From: Hormiphora californensis
Lineage: Eukaryota; Animalia; Ctenophora
Direction of reading: 5' to 3'
DNA: 64,000 nucleotides
Assembly (NCBI GenBank): GCA_020137815.1
Contig: CM035358.1
Span: 4,712,001-4,776,000 of the forward strand
Of this stretch, positions 41,554 through 59,400 are shown piece by piece. Every line of letters begins with the position of its first letter. The stretch's first letter is position 1. Position numbers and translations under genes: made by a program. A model generated the notes under the pieces. It saw only the letters and a program-made list of their open reading frames with translations, was not told the DNA's origin and searched no databases.

Positions 41554-42148
41554 ATGAATTTATGGGTATAATTATATTGTGATCTGATACAAGTATGATT
41601 TTTTAATCTAAACAACGACACGATTGTCTAATTTTTGGATTTTATGAAATGCTGCAAAATAAAATGGTTGATAAAATCTCAGGTGAGAAATGAGAATTAC
41701 ATTTCATCTCAAAAACTCTCAAAAAATCACTAGCACTGTGTGTCTCTCTCTCAAGCTATCGTTTTTTGTCTTTCTCACTCACTTACAGCAGTGTTTAAAA
41801 AGTTCTCTCTTTTTGTTGCTATCTGGCGAGTTGATACCAAACCACCGGGGTGTGTGTGTGTGTGTGTGTGCGCTGCAGTGTACCTGAAACAACAGGGGGG
41901 TGTTAGATGTTGTGTGTCGCCCACACTGCTCTGTGAGGGTTTGGGTCGATCTTGCCTTGTTCGACTCTTTTGTTTGAACAAAACAAGGTAGGTCAACCAT
42001 GGTATTGGGGTACAGCTGCTGGTAAAATAAAGGGGGTATATCGGGAGCAAAGAACGTTTATACCCGCAAGATAGAGGGTATAACTACACATTTCAGAACT
42101 TACTATTGCTAGAGATTCTTCGTGGCTGTTGTCTTTCTGGAGCTGGTT

Positions 42149-44292
42149 TTAACCTCTGGCAGGCCTGGGGAAGATATATCGTATTAGGGAGGGTTGGGAA
42201 AGATGTTGTATTAGTTGATTAGGGAGAGTTGGGAAAGAGATTTAGGGATCTCATGGGTCTCAGAACGATGTTGTGAATAGGGAGTTGGGTCTCAAAAAGG
42301 TGCATTTAAAACTGTCAGATGCTTTAATTCTGTCAACGTGTTGACTGTCAGTGCTTTATCACACATGCAACAAACTGATTCTGACTCTCTCACAATATGA
42401 TGCTAACAGTTCTCTACAACACCCTAACAATGCATCCTGATTTACCGGGCAAAACCCTTTCCGACTTTATGTGCTATTTTCAGTGCCGTATATCCATTAT
42501 ATGCTGTCACTCACTGCACACACTTACACATTGAGAGGGCCCCACCAGGGACGCCCCTTCCTAAAACTCAGAACGGCATTGTCTCCCTGCTGTACCAGCT
42601 CTAACTTGTCTTGTTCAGCCTTGTCTAGCCCTCGACGGTGTCTTTGTAGCCTTCTGTGAATGTCGTTTGTCAGTTGTTTGTCAGTTAGAATTCAGGCACA
42701 TTATTTGTGTTGGAACTTACCCTACTCGCTCTTCGATATCATTTAGTGTAACAACCACTCCTTCAACGGTGTTACTCTCTTCGCTCAGTCCTCGAGAAGG
42801 CATTTGGGACTCTTCGCTGAGTCCTCGGGAAGGCATCTGGGACTCTTCGCTGAGTCCTCGAGAAGGCATCTGGGATTCTTCGCTGAGTCCTCGGGAAGGC
42901 ATCTGGGACTCTTCGTTGAGTCCTCGAGAAGGCATCTGGGATTCTTCGCTGAGTCCTCGGGAAGGCATCTGGGACTCTTCGTTGAGTCCTCGGGAAGGCA
43001 TCTGGGACTCTTCGCTGAGTCCTCGAGAAGGCATCTGGGACTCTTCACTGAGTCCTCTGGAAGGCATCTGGGACTCTTCGCTGAGTCCTCGGGAAGGCAT
43101 CTGGGACTCTTCGCTGAGTCCTCGAGAAGGCATCTGGGACTCTTCGCTCAGTCCCCGGGAAGGCATCTGGGACTCTTCGCTGAGTCCTCGGGAAGGCATC
43201 TGGGACTCTTCGCTGAGTCCCCGGGAAGGCATCTGGGATTCTTCGCTGAGTCCTCTGGAGGGCATCTGGGACTCTTCGCTCAGTCCTCGAGAAGGCATCT
43301 GGGACTCTTCGCTGAGTCCTCGAGAAGGCATCTGAGATTCTTCGCTGAGTCCTCGGGAAGGCATTTGGGACTCTTCGCTGAGTCCTCGGGAAGGCATCTG
43401 GGACTCTTCGCTCAGTCCTCTGGAAGGCATCTGGGACTCTTCGCTCAGTCCTCGGGAAGGCATCTGGGATTCTTCGCTCAGTCCTCGAGAAGGCATCTGG
43501 GATTCTTCGCTGAGTCCTCGGGAAGGCATCTGGGATTCTTCGCTCAGTCCTCGAGAAGGCATCTGGGACTCTTCGCTCAGTCCTCGGGAAGGCATCTGGG
43601 ATTCCTCGCTCAGTCCTCTGGAAGGCATCTGGGACTCTTCGCTGAGTCCTCGGGAAGGCATCTGGGACTCTTCGCTGAGTCCTCGGGAAGGCATCTGGGA
43701 TTCTTCACTAAGTCCTCGGGAAGGCATCTGGGATTCTTCGCTCAGTCCTCGGGAAGGCATCTGGGACTCTTCGCTCAGTCCTCTGGAAGGCATTTGGGAC
43801 TCTTCGCTGAGTCCTCGGGAAGGCATCTGGGACTCTTCGCTGAGTCCTCTGGAAGGCATCTGAAGTTCCTCTTGGGCTTCTAGGCCTCGCCCGGGTAACT
43901 GGAATCTAAAAGGAAAGTGTATGAGCAACTAAAATTTGTTTGATAATGGATCTTTGAAATATTAAAGCACTCTTGATAGTTGCAGAAAACAAGACTTACT
44001 CGTTCACGCTCCTCCTAGAAATAATGTGTGATTCTTCAGCACCCAACTCCTCTTGAGCCTCGACACCTCGCCCAGGCAACTGAAACCTGAGACAGGGCAA
44101 GGGTTACAATCAATGTAGATACACATTCTGGAAAGTGGAATTTTGTACGTGCTAATAAAGAAATATTGCACGTGCTAAAATTTCAATTTTGCACGTGCTA
44201 AAAAATTAAATATTGCACGTGCATTCACTAACCCATCAACGTTTCTCTTGGTGAGAGTTCTGCCAGTGACAAGCCCAGCCACAAGAGGCAAC
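42149..44292 (-). CDS. Putative neuropeptide precursor (XPXR-Gly repeats). Exons 44292-44233, 44086-44000, 43905-42721, 42653-42528, 42164-42149; ATG exon upstream not found
   Basis: All introns are GT-AG and phase 2. Spliced translation: LPLVAGLVTGRTLTKRNVDGFQLPGRGVEAQEELGAEESHIISRRSVNEFQLPGRGLEAQEEL(QMPSRGL[S/N]EES)x33NTVEG..RLQRHRRGLDK..FRKGRPWWGPLNVPARG*. Confidence 0.8.
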
Positions 44293-45030
44293 CTGAAGGA
44301 GGGGAGAAATTTAAAATACTGTATAAAAAGCTCATAAAAAGGATCTCAAATTAAAAAGGGAGAGGTGTTATTAGATAATTGGTAGTATGATTAGGAGCAT
44401 ATTATTGTAGTGTGCCTAGTACTCACAGTATAAATGTGATGGACATGTTGCTGAACTGTGTAAAATTGAGCTGTATTTTCCTGTTATACCCTCTTTTTCA
44501 TGGACTGCTGGGGGATAAAAAGTAGAAATTAAACTTCTTTTGGGGATGGTATGAATGTAAGGAAAGGAAAGTATACGAAGGGCATGGCCGGCACAATCAT
44601 GGGCCCATTGGGTAGACCCAGCTGTAAGCAATAATAATAACATTATAACATCCACTCAGTTCTAAGCTCCTATGCAGTTCTAACATTGCTAGTAATGCTA
44701 CTACTACAACAATACTTATCTATATGTCTGAATATATAGGGGGCAAGGAGGGGGGCAAGCTCTTATGCCGTGAGATAACTATTGAACGTGCTGATTGTAT
44801 TGTAGGTGCACCCCATAATTGCATTGATCTTGGGGGATGAGGGATTGCTCCAAGGGGCGGGAGATGTGCTTACAACGTCGCCCCCCAACGTGAGAGAGAT
44901 AGTTGAATGGAGTAGGGGAGAGAGATAGATCATGGGGGCTACAATTCACGTTTTAGTACTATTACAGGTGATCGCAGGAGGGCGTGAATTGCAATGCAGT
45001 TGTTGGAGAGAGGGAGAGAGGGAGGGAGAG

Positions 45031-45171
<141 letters not shown>

Positions 45172-46352
45172 ATAAAAGAGAGAGAAGGGGGACAGAGACC
45201 CCTCTCATCTCATGACTGGGCTAAAAGGTCTGACATGGTTCTATCAGATTGGTCTAGTAAGATCGTCTGTCATTATTATAATCACCCGCCCTCTGTTGTT
45301 CTACAACTAGGTGTGCTATTAAAAGTGCTATATTTGTCTCTGATAACTATGTGGGAGGCGAATATGCATGAGGCGGGAAGATTGGGGATACTCGGGAATA
45401 ATGATGTAATATTACAACAGACAAGATATTGAATGAGAGTTCTCAATTCGCAATGGAGTATACTAGGCCATATCAAACTACATACTGTATTTCTAAAATC
45501 TTATATTTCAGCACCAGAAAGCCGAACAATTTCTTTAAAGTTAGATATAACAAACCACTATTTCCACTAGGAAAAAGCATAGCTAGGCTTTAAAGTATCT
45601 CCCATCTCTCCTACGAAGTATAATATATTTGTCCCATGATAAACGCATAAAATACATAATTCAAGCAGTACAAGAGTGGCCATTTATGGCCAACTTCTTG
45701 TCAACTCTATTAAATACCCACGTCCGCAGATTAATATACCGAATAGTCTTGTGTATAACAGTGGACAATGGCCGGGGAAATATAGTGTGCGTTTGCAGCT
45801 GTAGTAGAGAAATAAACACAAATTTCGTGCGATTTTATTATAGTTGTATGTACCCTTATTCTTGAAGTCGACTTAAAATGGGAATGTATAAGAAGTAACA
45901 AAATCTAGTGTGGTATAATAGTAGTAGTAGTATGCAAAAGTTAGGTGTATACTAGGCAAAAGATAATCATATAGAGTCTATACTGCAGAATTTGGGTTGC
46001 ACAATTAAAATTGTACCCATGACTATCTCTCTTCTAACCGCGCCTCCCTTCCGGGGAGAATGTTTAGTTCACACGATTGAGTGGAGTTGTGTCTGTGGTA
46101 GTGGTAGGGTAGAGTAGTAGTAGGGGCAATATTATATAGTAGTTACTAGACCTCACTAAACAGTGCTGCTGCTCTGTAGTTTTGATTGAGCTCTGTGCTG
46201 CAGGGCAGTATCATGGTACTGAGCTCAATCAAAACTACTACTAGTCGATCTTGCGAGCACGTGATCTATATACGTACAATAAACTGCTGTCTTTCCTGAT
46301 CACGGGAAGTGACTGTATATCGCACTCTCTATGTGTATCTTCTCTATCTTCT

Positions 46353-46417
<65 letters not shown>

Positions 46418-46844
46418 TTCACTCTCTCTCTCTCTCTCCCTCTCTCTGTCTATATCGGAAAAAAAGATATTACTCTCCAGTACGGTCATATCACAGGAAT
46501 ATAATAATGAAGAACTCATTCCACAGCTCAGTGAGCCGTTATACGTAGTAGTGATAATTTTAGGGGTGGTTGGCTAAAAAACGGACACCAAACAAGGCTG
46601 AAATAGCACCATAAAACCAATACAACCGCTCTAACCTGAACCAACCAACCAACTAACCAAGGCAAGGCGTCCAGGCACAATTATAACTAGCACTGGGGTG
46701 TGAACCAACGACTACGACATTCATTTCCTAATTATAATAGTAAGTATGGGGAGGTTAGTCCATGTTCATCGGGTGGTTGGTCAGAAGACAATGCGCCAAG
46801 AGATGAACTGAGAGAGGAAGTGAAGCGATCTGAGAAAGAGAGAG

Positions 46845-46921
<77 letters not shown>

Positions 46922-46930
46922 AGAGAGAGG

Positions 46931-46970
<40 letters not shown>

Positions 46971-48042
46971 GAGAGATAGAAAAAAGATAAAGAGAGAGAG
47001 CAAGCTAATGGACCCATAGGTAAAGGTGTTAGAAAGAGAGAGACAGATTGTTAGTGCATTAAACTATTGACATACTACAACATGCCCTGTTCCACTAAAA
47101 AGTCCCGATAGAAAGATACTCTCATGAGCGTTCCACCCATTAAGCAGTTGATCCATTCTCCCGATGAGAAAATAAACAAGTCCAAGTTTTAACAACAAAT
47201 ATCTTCTTCAGCTTCTTCCCCAGGCAGTGTATCTACCATCTTACTCTTAGGGACCAACTTACAAAAAGTACCCGAGTATAATAAATTAACAATAAATTAA
47301 CAAAAGGATGTTGAGAGATTGCCACGATATAGATAAATCGATGGAGAAAAACTAGAGCTATGCATCTTGGCAGGAAAGAGTTACAGCTAGAGAGGAGGGG
47401 TAGTAAAACTACTCTCTGTTCTCACTCTCTCTCACACTCACTCTCTGTCTCTCTGTCTCTCTTTCTGTCTGTCTGTCTCTCTCCCACAGGTAACTAAACC
47501 ATTGTTACAGCTCACGATCTACTGCCGTAGTGCCGTACCTTCACCTTGTACTTTTATATAGGTAGCCTAAACCTATCACACTAGTTCATTATACAGTCGG
47601 GCCCTCGGGGGGGGGGGGGGGGGGGGGATATCAGGGAGCCCGGTATGATATCAGGGAGCCCGGTAAATCGGAGTCCGATTGTTATATATGAAATGGAATC
47701 AGTTTCCTGGGACACACGGATAAATTAGAATGAGTCATAAGGATTATGTATTCAGGAAGCCAAATTAACCAAACTAGACAATAGTAGATTTGATGAAAGA
47801 TATAACATAGTATGAACTGATGAGTGGAAAGTCAAAGAGAGAAAACATTAAAAACGTGCGGGTGCAAGAAACGAAATACCAAAATAAGAATTTCGGAAGT
47901 AGGCTATAGTAACACAGTTTAGTGTGCACGGTGAAACCCAATGGTCTAGGCAGGACGAACTGGGTGGGGCCAGATACATGTAGGTCACACGTCCAGAGTT
48001 GCGTCTTGGTTTGCTGAGTAAGGGGTGTAAACGAGTATTGGT

Positions 48043-48487
48043 AGGGATCGGAAGAGAGACAACTAGGGATCGGAAGAGAGACAACTAGGGATCGGAAGAG
48101 AGACAACTAGGGATCGGAAGAGAGACAACTAGGGATGGGAAGAGAGACAACTAGGGATCGGAAGAGAGACAACTAGGGATGGGAAGAGAGACAACTAGGG
48201 ATCGGAAGAGAAACAACTAGGGATCGGGATAGAGACAACTAGGGATCGGAAGAGAGACAATTAGGGATGGGAAGAGAGACAACTAGGGATCGGAAGAGAG
48301 ACAACTAGGGATCGGGAGAGAGACAACTAGGGATCGGAAGAGAGACAACTAGGGATCGGAAGAGAGACAACTAGGGATCGGAAGAGAGACAACTAGGGAT
48401 CGGAAGAGAGACAATTAGGGATCGGAAGAGAGACAACTAGGGATCGGAAGAGAGACAATTAGGGATGGGAAGAGAGACAATTAGGGT
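48043..48487. repeat. 22-bp minisatellite (agggatcggaagagagacaact), about 20 copies
   Basis: Direct reading of the tandem units. Confidence 0.95.
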
Positions 48488-48931
48488 ACAGCTAGAAGCC
48501 CAGGAGGGGGACACCGATCATTATAATATACTAGTATAGTTGCATTATCATGATTATATAGGTGATAGATGCAGTTAGGAGACAAAGATCCTAACTACTT
48601 GAATTATGCATGTAGAATGGATTGTCAGGAAACAATTATGAGCTGCCACTCACAGCAAGGACCAGTCTGATGAGCTTTGTTGAGTAACGGCCCTTACAAG
48701 ATCGGGTGGTCTGATTCAGCTTGTTATATTAGCTCCGTGATTTAGCCCAGTCGTTAGTCTAATGCAACACGTTCAGACAATAGACAATTTATTAGACAGG
48801 TCCTATAAAGCGTGGGTAAGCCGAATTGACCTCCTCCTCCCCCTCGCAAGCTATGTGTGTCAGCTAGTGCGGGCCGTCTCCTAATTATAGCGTCCGAGAA
48901 AAACGTGAGAGACATACTGGGGACATGTGAG

Positions 48932-49046
<115 letters not shown>

Positions 49047-50435
49047 TGAAGTTAGTAATTGTGGGGTGTGGCGAGAGAGAGAGAAGCTCTCTCAAATGCT
49101 CGGCATTCCATCGCTCCCCTCCCTCTCTCTCGAAATTTAACCAGTGTTATTGACAATGTGGGGTTGACGTGGTCGCTTAATTTTTATTCCGGATACCCAG
49201 CTAACTTTAGAACGGAAGGAATGCAGGAAAACATGGGTCCAAGGAAGGAGGAACCGACCGACACAAGTAAACAACCAATCAGAACTCGTTATTTAGGCCA
49301 CGTGATTGGTTATCAGCCAATCAGGGACCAGTATTTCCTGATTCGGTCGGTTCCTGCAAGGAACTGGAGGGAGATGCCGTGAAGAGCATGGGAAACTTCA
49401 AAAATATTCGCGGTTTATAACTTAATAATCAGCACAGACCCTCGTCTATAATTTAGTTGGAATGAGGACAAAAACAGAGGTGACCAACGTTACAATTCAT
49501 GCAACTCTGGCTCATAGATTCTATGAGCTAGAGTTGTAGAAAACAGAGAGTGGGGGCAGCCATTCTTGGAGATAAATAAAATGCATCTCTAAAGTTCCAA
49601 AATCTCTTCGGGGACTCGGTTAGGATATAAATAGGGCTCGGAGCTATATAAAAGGGACGTGTGAAGACGGAAAACCACACCAAAGCATCGCGGTTATACC
49701 CCCTCCCCCCACTGAAGTGTCGATAACTCCATCCCTCCTTTCTCTCTCGCCGGAAATGAAAAGGCCGGGTTAATATTTAATGATTTCAGTAGGGCACAAT
49801 TCAAAAATATTTTTGATAGGCGCCAAAATTTAACGTTTTAGTGGTTTAGTAATGGGGGAGGAAGGAGTTATAATACTCGATGCAGGCAAGTCGAGAGAGA
49901 TGCTGCCGCGGTACCCTGATATTTTTCTCGAATCACCCCGTTGTTTTATACCCCGCTGCATCATGACGCAAAAGACAAATTGCTCCATCATCCATCAACA
50001 CGTGACTTTAGATTTCTAAATTGATCTGGCCAATTTGTCGTAACAAGTACAAATATGGAGAGGGAGAGAGGAAATCTTTAGGTTAGCATCTTTAGGGTAA
50101 ATAGTGGTATACCATCTTTGATATATGAGCAAAGCTTTCTCTGCTCATGTGCATTTACGTCCAGAGACCAGAGGGGTATTAAGTTTTAACTAAATAGAAA
50201 TACCCCCTACCCCCCCCCCCACACACACACACGCACACACCCCCTACCCCGAGCTAAAACTAAGGGGTATTTCTTATTTATCCACATATGCATGATAAAG
50301 CTAGGTTAAAATCAAAAAGATTTTGAAAATAGCGAAGTACACAACTAAGCTAGTAAACAGTAGGGTATAATGGAAGATAGGTGTAAAAAGAGAGAGAGAC
50401 TCACTCAAAGAGGGAGAGAGAATTAGGGAAAGATA

Positions 50436-50503
<68 letters not shown>

Positions 50504-50949
50504 CGGGAAGGGCGTTGTACTTGTAGATTGTGGGTGTGTTAACTTGACGGTATCAATACCATTTGCTTTATACATAGTCCTCTCTCCCTCCCTCCCTCTC
50601 TAGATCAGGGGGAAAGAAAGGAAATCAGACTAGACATCAAGAAATGACCATCAGAAATGATGATTGACTTCCAGTGTCATTGCATACAATCATTATGAAA
50701 TGATGGTCATTTGAATAATAATATGCTGGGGTAGAATCGTTTCAGGCTTGGGTAATCAAGATTATGAAAAATATTCAGAAATCATCAGAAATCACCATAT
50801 TTCTGAAGATCTTTGATAATCTGATCAGTTGGCCATGCTGGGGTTCAAAGTTCAAACTAAAGTTATTGGGAGTGACTTCTGAGTAGCTATTGCAGAACCG
50901 CATTTTATAGCATTCAGGATTGCTCCAGCGGTTTCGAAATAGGGGAGGT

Positions 50950-51050
<101 letters not shown>

Positions 51051-51557
51051 TAGATAGGAATCGGTTAATCCAATCGCTTTATGAATTCCCCCGACATTGC
51101 AAACAAATAATCGGAGTTGAAGAGAGGGAGTTGCATTGGAGAGATAGAGCACTGATCATATAGACGATGCATCATGGGTGCAACGAGAGGGAAAACAGGA
51201 GAGAGAGATGGAGCGAGTAAAAGAAAACAGGAGAGAGATGCGGCGAGAAAGGAGATCAGTTGAACTTCGAGAATAAGATTTGTTGTCACTATCTTGTGGA
51301 TCAGAGTCATAATATTCAGCTGGGCTAGTCTAAGTTGGTCGAGATCATTTCAAACGATAAACAATTTCACTATGCGTTAGTAATGAAAGGTTGGCCTGGG
51401 GAACACGTAGCCGTTGGTGTTACAAACTCGACGAAGAAAGTTAAGAAACAATACAATAATCAACATCGAACCATTCGAATCCGCACAATTTTAGCTCTAG
51501 GACGAAAGATACGATCATACAGCTTTTAATTCAGTTGCGTATCAGTAAAAATTGTTC

Positions 51558-51683
<126 letters not shown>

Positions 51684-51731
51684 TCTCTATAAATCTCTAT
51701 CTCTCTCTCTCTCTCTCTCACTCTCACTCTC

Positions 51732-51819
<88 letters not shown>

Positions 51820-52178
51820 CCCCTCTCACTCTTTGAAGGACAACCTGTGCATTTCAAGCAGGTTGCGATCTAAAGCTAAAACAAACTGAGAGATAAATGG
51901 AAAGTGGAATTTGCCGACTTGGCAAGTTGTTTCGAGGCCTGTCATGGTTATCACCCATCTAGCAGCCCTCACTAGCGGTGCTGGTATCACTAAGCGATTG
52001 GCCCTCGTGCGTAGGCTCCCCGAAACGCACGAGTTCACGCCCATGGCAACTGCTTTTATCAACTTAAAAAAAGGTTTTGCACATTTAGGATAAGCACAAA
52101 AGATGTTGAGTATGACACGCTCGAGAGACGATGATTGTAAAGTAACTGCTACTTTGTCCCTGTTTACCTTTGGTGCAT

Positions 52179-52287
<109 letters not shown>

Positions 52288-53387
52288 CGAGAAAGAGAGA
52301 GAGAGAGCGAGAGAAGAGAGAGAAGAGAGAGAGAGAGAAGAGAGAAAGAGAGAGAGAGATCTATAGAGAAATATGTATAAGATACATGATATCTATAAAT
52401 AGGCTCTTGCGAGGATATATTGTGAGAGAGAGAGAGAGAGAGAGAGAATCAGTTTGTAGACACAGACATGGAGACAGAGGAAAGCAGGTGAGTTCAACAA
52501 AAACATATCAAGTATTGATTTGTTTTCTATAGCATTGCGGGGCTTGCAGCTTGCTCGACCCTGTTTTGAACTAAACAATGCGGGGTTGTGTTCGGGCTGT
52601 TATAGAGATAAAGAGTGCTAGGGTGGCTAGACTTAGAGAGAGAATACGATGATAGAGAGCTCAACGAAGCTGGTAGGGTTAGAAACATATTAAGATTAAA
52701 GAAAAGGGATAGATAGATAGAGAGAAAGGGAGAGAGCTAGGAAAAAAACAGACTAAAACAATGAGGAGTGTTTATTTTGGTATTCTATTTTGAAGAACTA
52801 TTCATAGGGCTCCACATACACTTATAATAGTAGCAGTAGGGTCCTTTCTAACTTTAAGAAGCACAAAAAAGATTTGAAGGAATGAATGTGAGTTGGATCG
52901 CAGTGGGAGGGGATGGTCACAAAAAAGATTTGAAGGAATGAATGCCGGATTCATGCTCGTCCCAGCCCTCTTGTAGTTGGCGTGAAATCTAAAGTTAGAA
53001 TTGAAAGCCATTCCCACTAATGCCATTCCCCAAAAAGGACGAAAATAGCTCACTCGAACTTAAATAAAAGCTACCTTTTATTTATTCACTTTTTTTTCTG
53101 GAAATAACCCAAAATTAACTCAACACTCCTGTATCACCCCGGGTATTTTATAAAAGGAAACATTGCATGCCGGGATTTAATAAGGGATTTCATCGTTTAT
53201 TTGGTTGTCATTAAACTATCCGTTATCGGTAATATACATCACCAACGTCAAATAAAGCACTTTCCGGTTCCTTCGAAAGGAAACTAATAGAGTTAAATCT
53301 ACGTAGGTATTCTATTTCAGAATTGAACCACTCAGGATATCAGGAATCCCATGATTCAGGAGTCTCAGCTCTGTAGATTATTATATA

Positions 53388-54278
53388 CTAGAAAGCCCAT
53401 TGAAGTCCTACAACACCCCCCCACCCGTCTCTATGTCCCCCCCTCTCACTCTTCGTCTCTCCATGTCGGGGTAAAGAATTCGGAGGTTGGTAGTGGTAGA
53501 GCGCTGGTGATAAACATCAAGAGAAATCCCGCTGAATAACATGTAGAGTCAGTTGATAAAGATCCGTAGAATTGTAGCTATGTAGAGAATCAACGGGGTA
53601 CGTAGGTAGAAAGGCTTTGGCAATCATGGCGGTCCCATCAGTAGATCCCAAAACACCACAGGAACAACACAGGAACACGCAACAAACAACCAAAAACATG
53701 CACGTGCAGTATCCCCCCAAAACAACCCATACCCCTCCCAAACCACCTCCTTGGCAACCCTCCTCTATTTGCACGTGATGATAGGTCATCATACTCATCA
53801 CGCCACGCATTTGTACTTTATAATAAGGACTAGAAAGCCCATTGAAGTCCTACAACAGCCCCCCCCCCCATCCGTCTCTATGTCTCTCTCCCCCTCTCTT
53901 ACTATTCGTCTCTCCATGTCAGGGTAAAGAATACAGAGGTTGGTAGTGGTAGACTGGTAGAGCGCTGGTGATAAACATCAAGGGAAATCCCGCTGAATAA
54001 CATGTAGAATCGGGTGATAAAGATCCGTAGAATTGTAGCTGTGTAGAGAATCAAGGGGGTACGTAGGTAGAAAAGCTTTGGCAATCATGGCGGCCCCAGC
54101 AGTAGATCCCAAAACACCACAGGAACACGCAACAAACAACCAATAACACGCACGTGCAGTATCCCCCCAAAACCTCCAATACCCCTCCCAGAGCACCTCC
54201 TTGGCAACCCCCTCTATTTGCACGTGATGATAGGTCATCATACTCACCACGACGTTCATTTGTACTTTATAATAAGGA
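53388..54278. repeat. Tandem duplication of an about 445-bp non-coding unit
   Basis: ctagaaagcccattgaagtcctacaac...atttgtactttataataagga at 53388-53829 and 53830-54278. Confidence 0.9.
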
Positions 54279-55243
54279 TCCTCCCATAAAAACTTCTAAA
54301 TATTATTGTATGGATTTTTGCTTTTGTGAATGGTTTTTTAGTCACTAGATGGTATCTTGATAAATCGTATTTCGTGGAAAATACCTTAGTGGAGCTGCAA
54401 CATATTCGCTAGTTAAGTATCCAATCAATTTTATCCGTTTTACAGTACTGAGTCCTCACAATTCGGTCCAAAGCGTCCTACCGAACCATCAAACAGACGA
54501 TATAAACCTGCAAATGTTATACAGCACGGTCAATATCTTGTAAAAATAATGGGGTCTGTAAAAGGTAGCGATATAATATCTGTTTACTGGGGGATCAAAC
54601 CGGGATCAAAGAGAGTGGTCACGTGACTTAAACAGTGAGACAAATGGGGACAAGTAAACGAGGGGAGGAAGAAAGAGCTATCATTGGGAAATGTTTTTTA
54701 ATTTTCACAATCCATTTACCTACGTAAAAGCAACTGTTTTCGATCGATAGTAGGATGGCTACTGGGTGTCGTGGGGGGTCCATCATGACTACATTTTGGT
54801 AAAGCTACCTCATAGAGTCTGGGATGTGAGGGGTTATATTTCGTAACCAAGGCTACGGTGTATTGGTTGTAGTCATAAGGAGCATCCTGTAAGCTTTTAC
54901 CAAATACAGTCGGAACCCGATTAACCGGTCCCCTATTTACCGTGCGGCGAGCATCCCGGTAAATCGGGGTCCGACTCGACTGTACAGGTCTTGAGATTAC
55001 GGAATGCTCCTGGGAAATCTATTAAAATGCTCATCTAAAGGGTGGTCAAATAGATAAATTATTGTACTTTACAAAAACATGAAATATCATTATCCGCTGT
55101 CCTGGCACTATTTACATTCTCTCCATTGTCATTGCATGAGTTTTTATTACACATTCACTGGCCTATACATACTGTATACGGGCTGTGCAAGCTCTTCTAC
55201 GAAATACTGTTTGGTAACAACGAAATACTGTTTGGTAACTTAT

Positions 55244-58628
<3,385 letters not shown>

Positions 58629-59278
58629 GGCTATAATGGGAACAAGGGTTACATTTGGGGGGGGGGGCATGGAGAAAGGGTCGAACAAGGCAAGGAACAA
58701 GGGTTATTACTTCCCTTTTTTAACAAAGATAGGGGAACAGGGAGGTGTTAATTAAAGGATACCCCGTTCAGTAATATTAGTATTACATCTGCGAAAAATC
58801 CTTTTTTGCCTCTTTTTTGTGAGCTCGTGCCTCACTTCCTGAGATAACGGCTAAAAGTTTGGCTTCCCTACAGACCACCGAGTAACTATGCCAAACGACA
58901 AAGTCTGAGTCCTATCCGCTTGGCGCTTAGGGACTGTTTCCACTCGAGCAGTGATGTTAACTCTCTCGCTGCACGGGGCGAGGAGTTCCAAAACTGTGCT
59001 CCACTGACGAAGAAAACCCAATTGTATTTGAAAGCTACGGTAATTTATTTCGTAGTACCAACATAACTCGTGCTTTCCTTGGTTAACTGTGCTTCTCTTA
59101 CATCAAAGGATGAGTCGTGTATGCCAGATATCGATTTTTGAGCAAGTTGTAACTTGTACCGGGGGACCACTGCTCTGGTACCTAGACGGATGTGTTCGAC
59201 AAAGAGGAGACCGGTTTGTCACTTTCTCATTGTTATAGTGGTCACATTTGGGGGAGGGGGGGGGTGCGGTATTTATTT

Positions 59279-59400
59279 CCCAATGCGATTCTAACTTGTT
59301 TCCCAATGTGATTCTAACTTGTTATCCAATATGATTCCAACTTATTTCCCAAGGTGATTCCAACTTGTTATCCAATGCGATTCCAACTTGTTATCCCAAG
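59279..59400. repeat. About 21-bp tandem repeat (ccaatgcgattcyaacttgttwt) x5-6
   Basis: Direct reading. Confidence 0.8.

Noticed and set aside
42667-43883. Plus-strand repeat ORFs (SSLSPREGIWD, GRHLGLFAESS)
   Set aside because: Shadows of the minus-strand coding repeat. The variation is synonymous only in the minus frame.
44416-44655. MLLLLLTAG as the first exon of the peptide precursor
   Set aside because: It would need a poor donor (GTCTAC), so the ATG exon was left unresolved.
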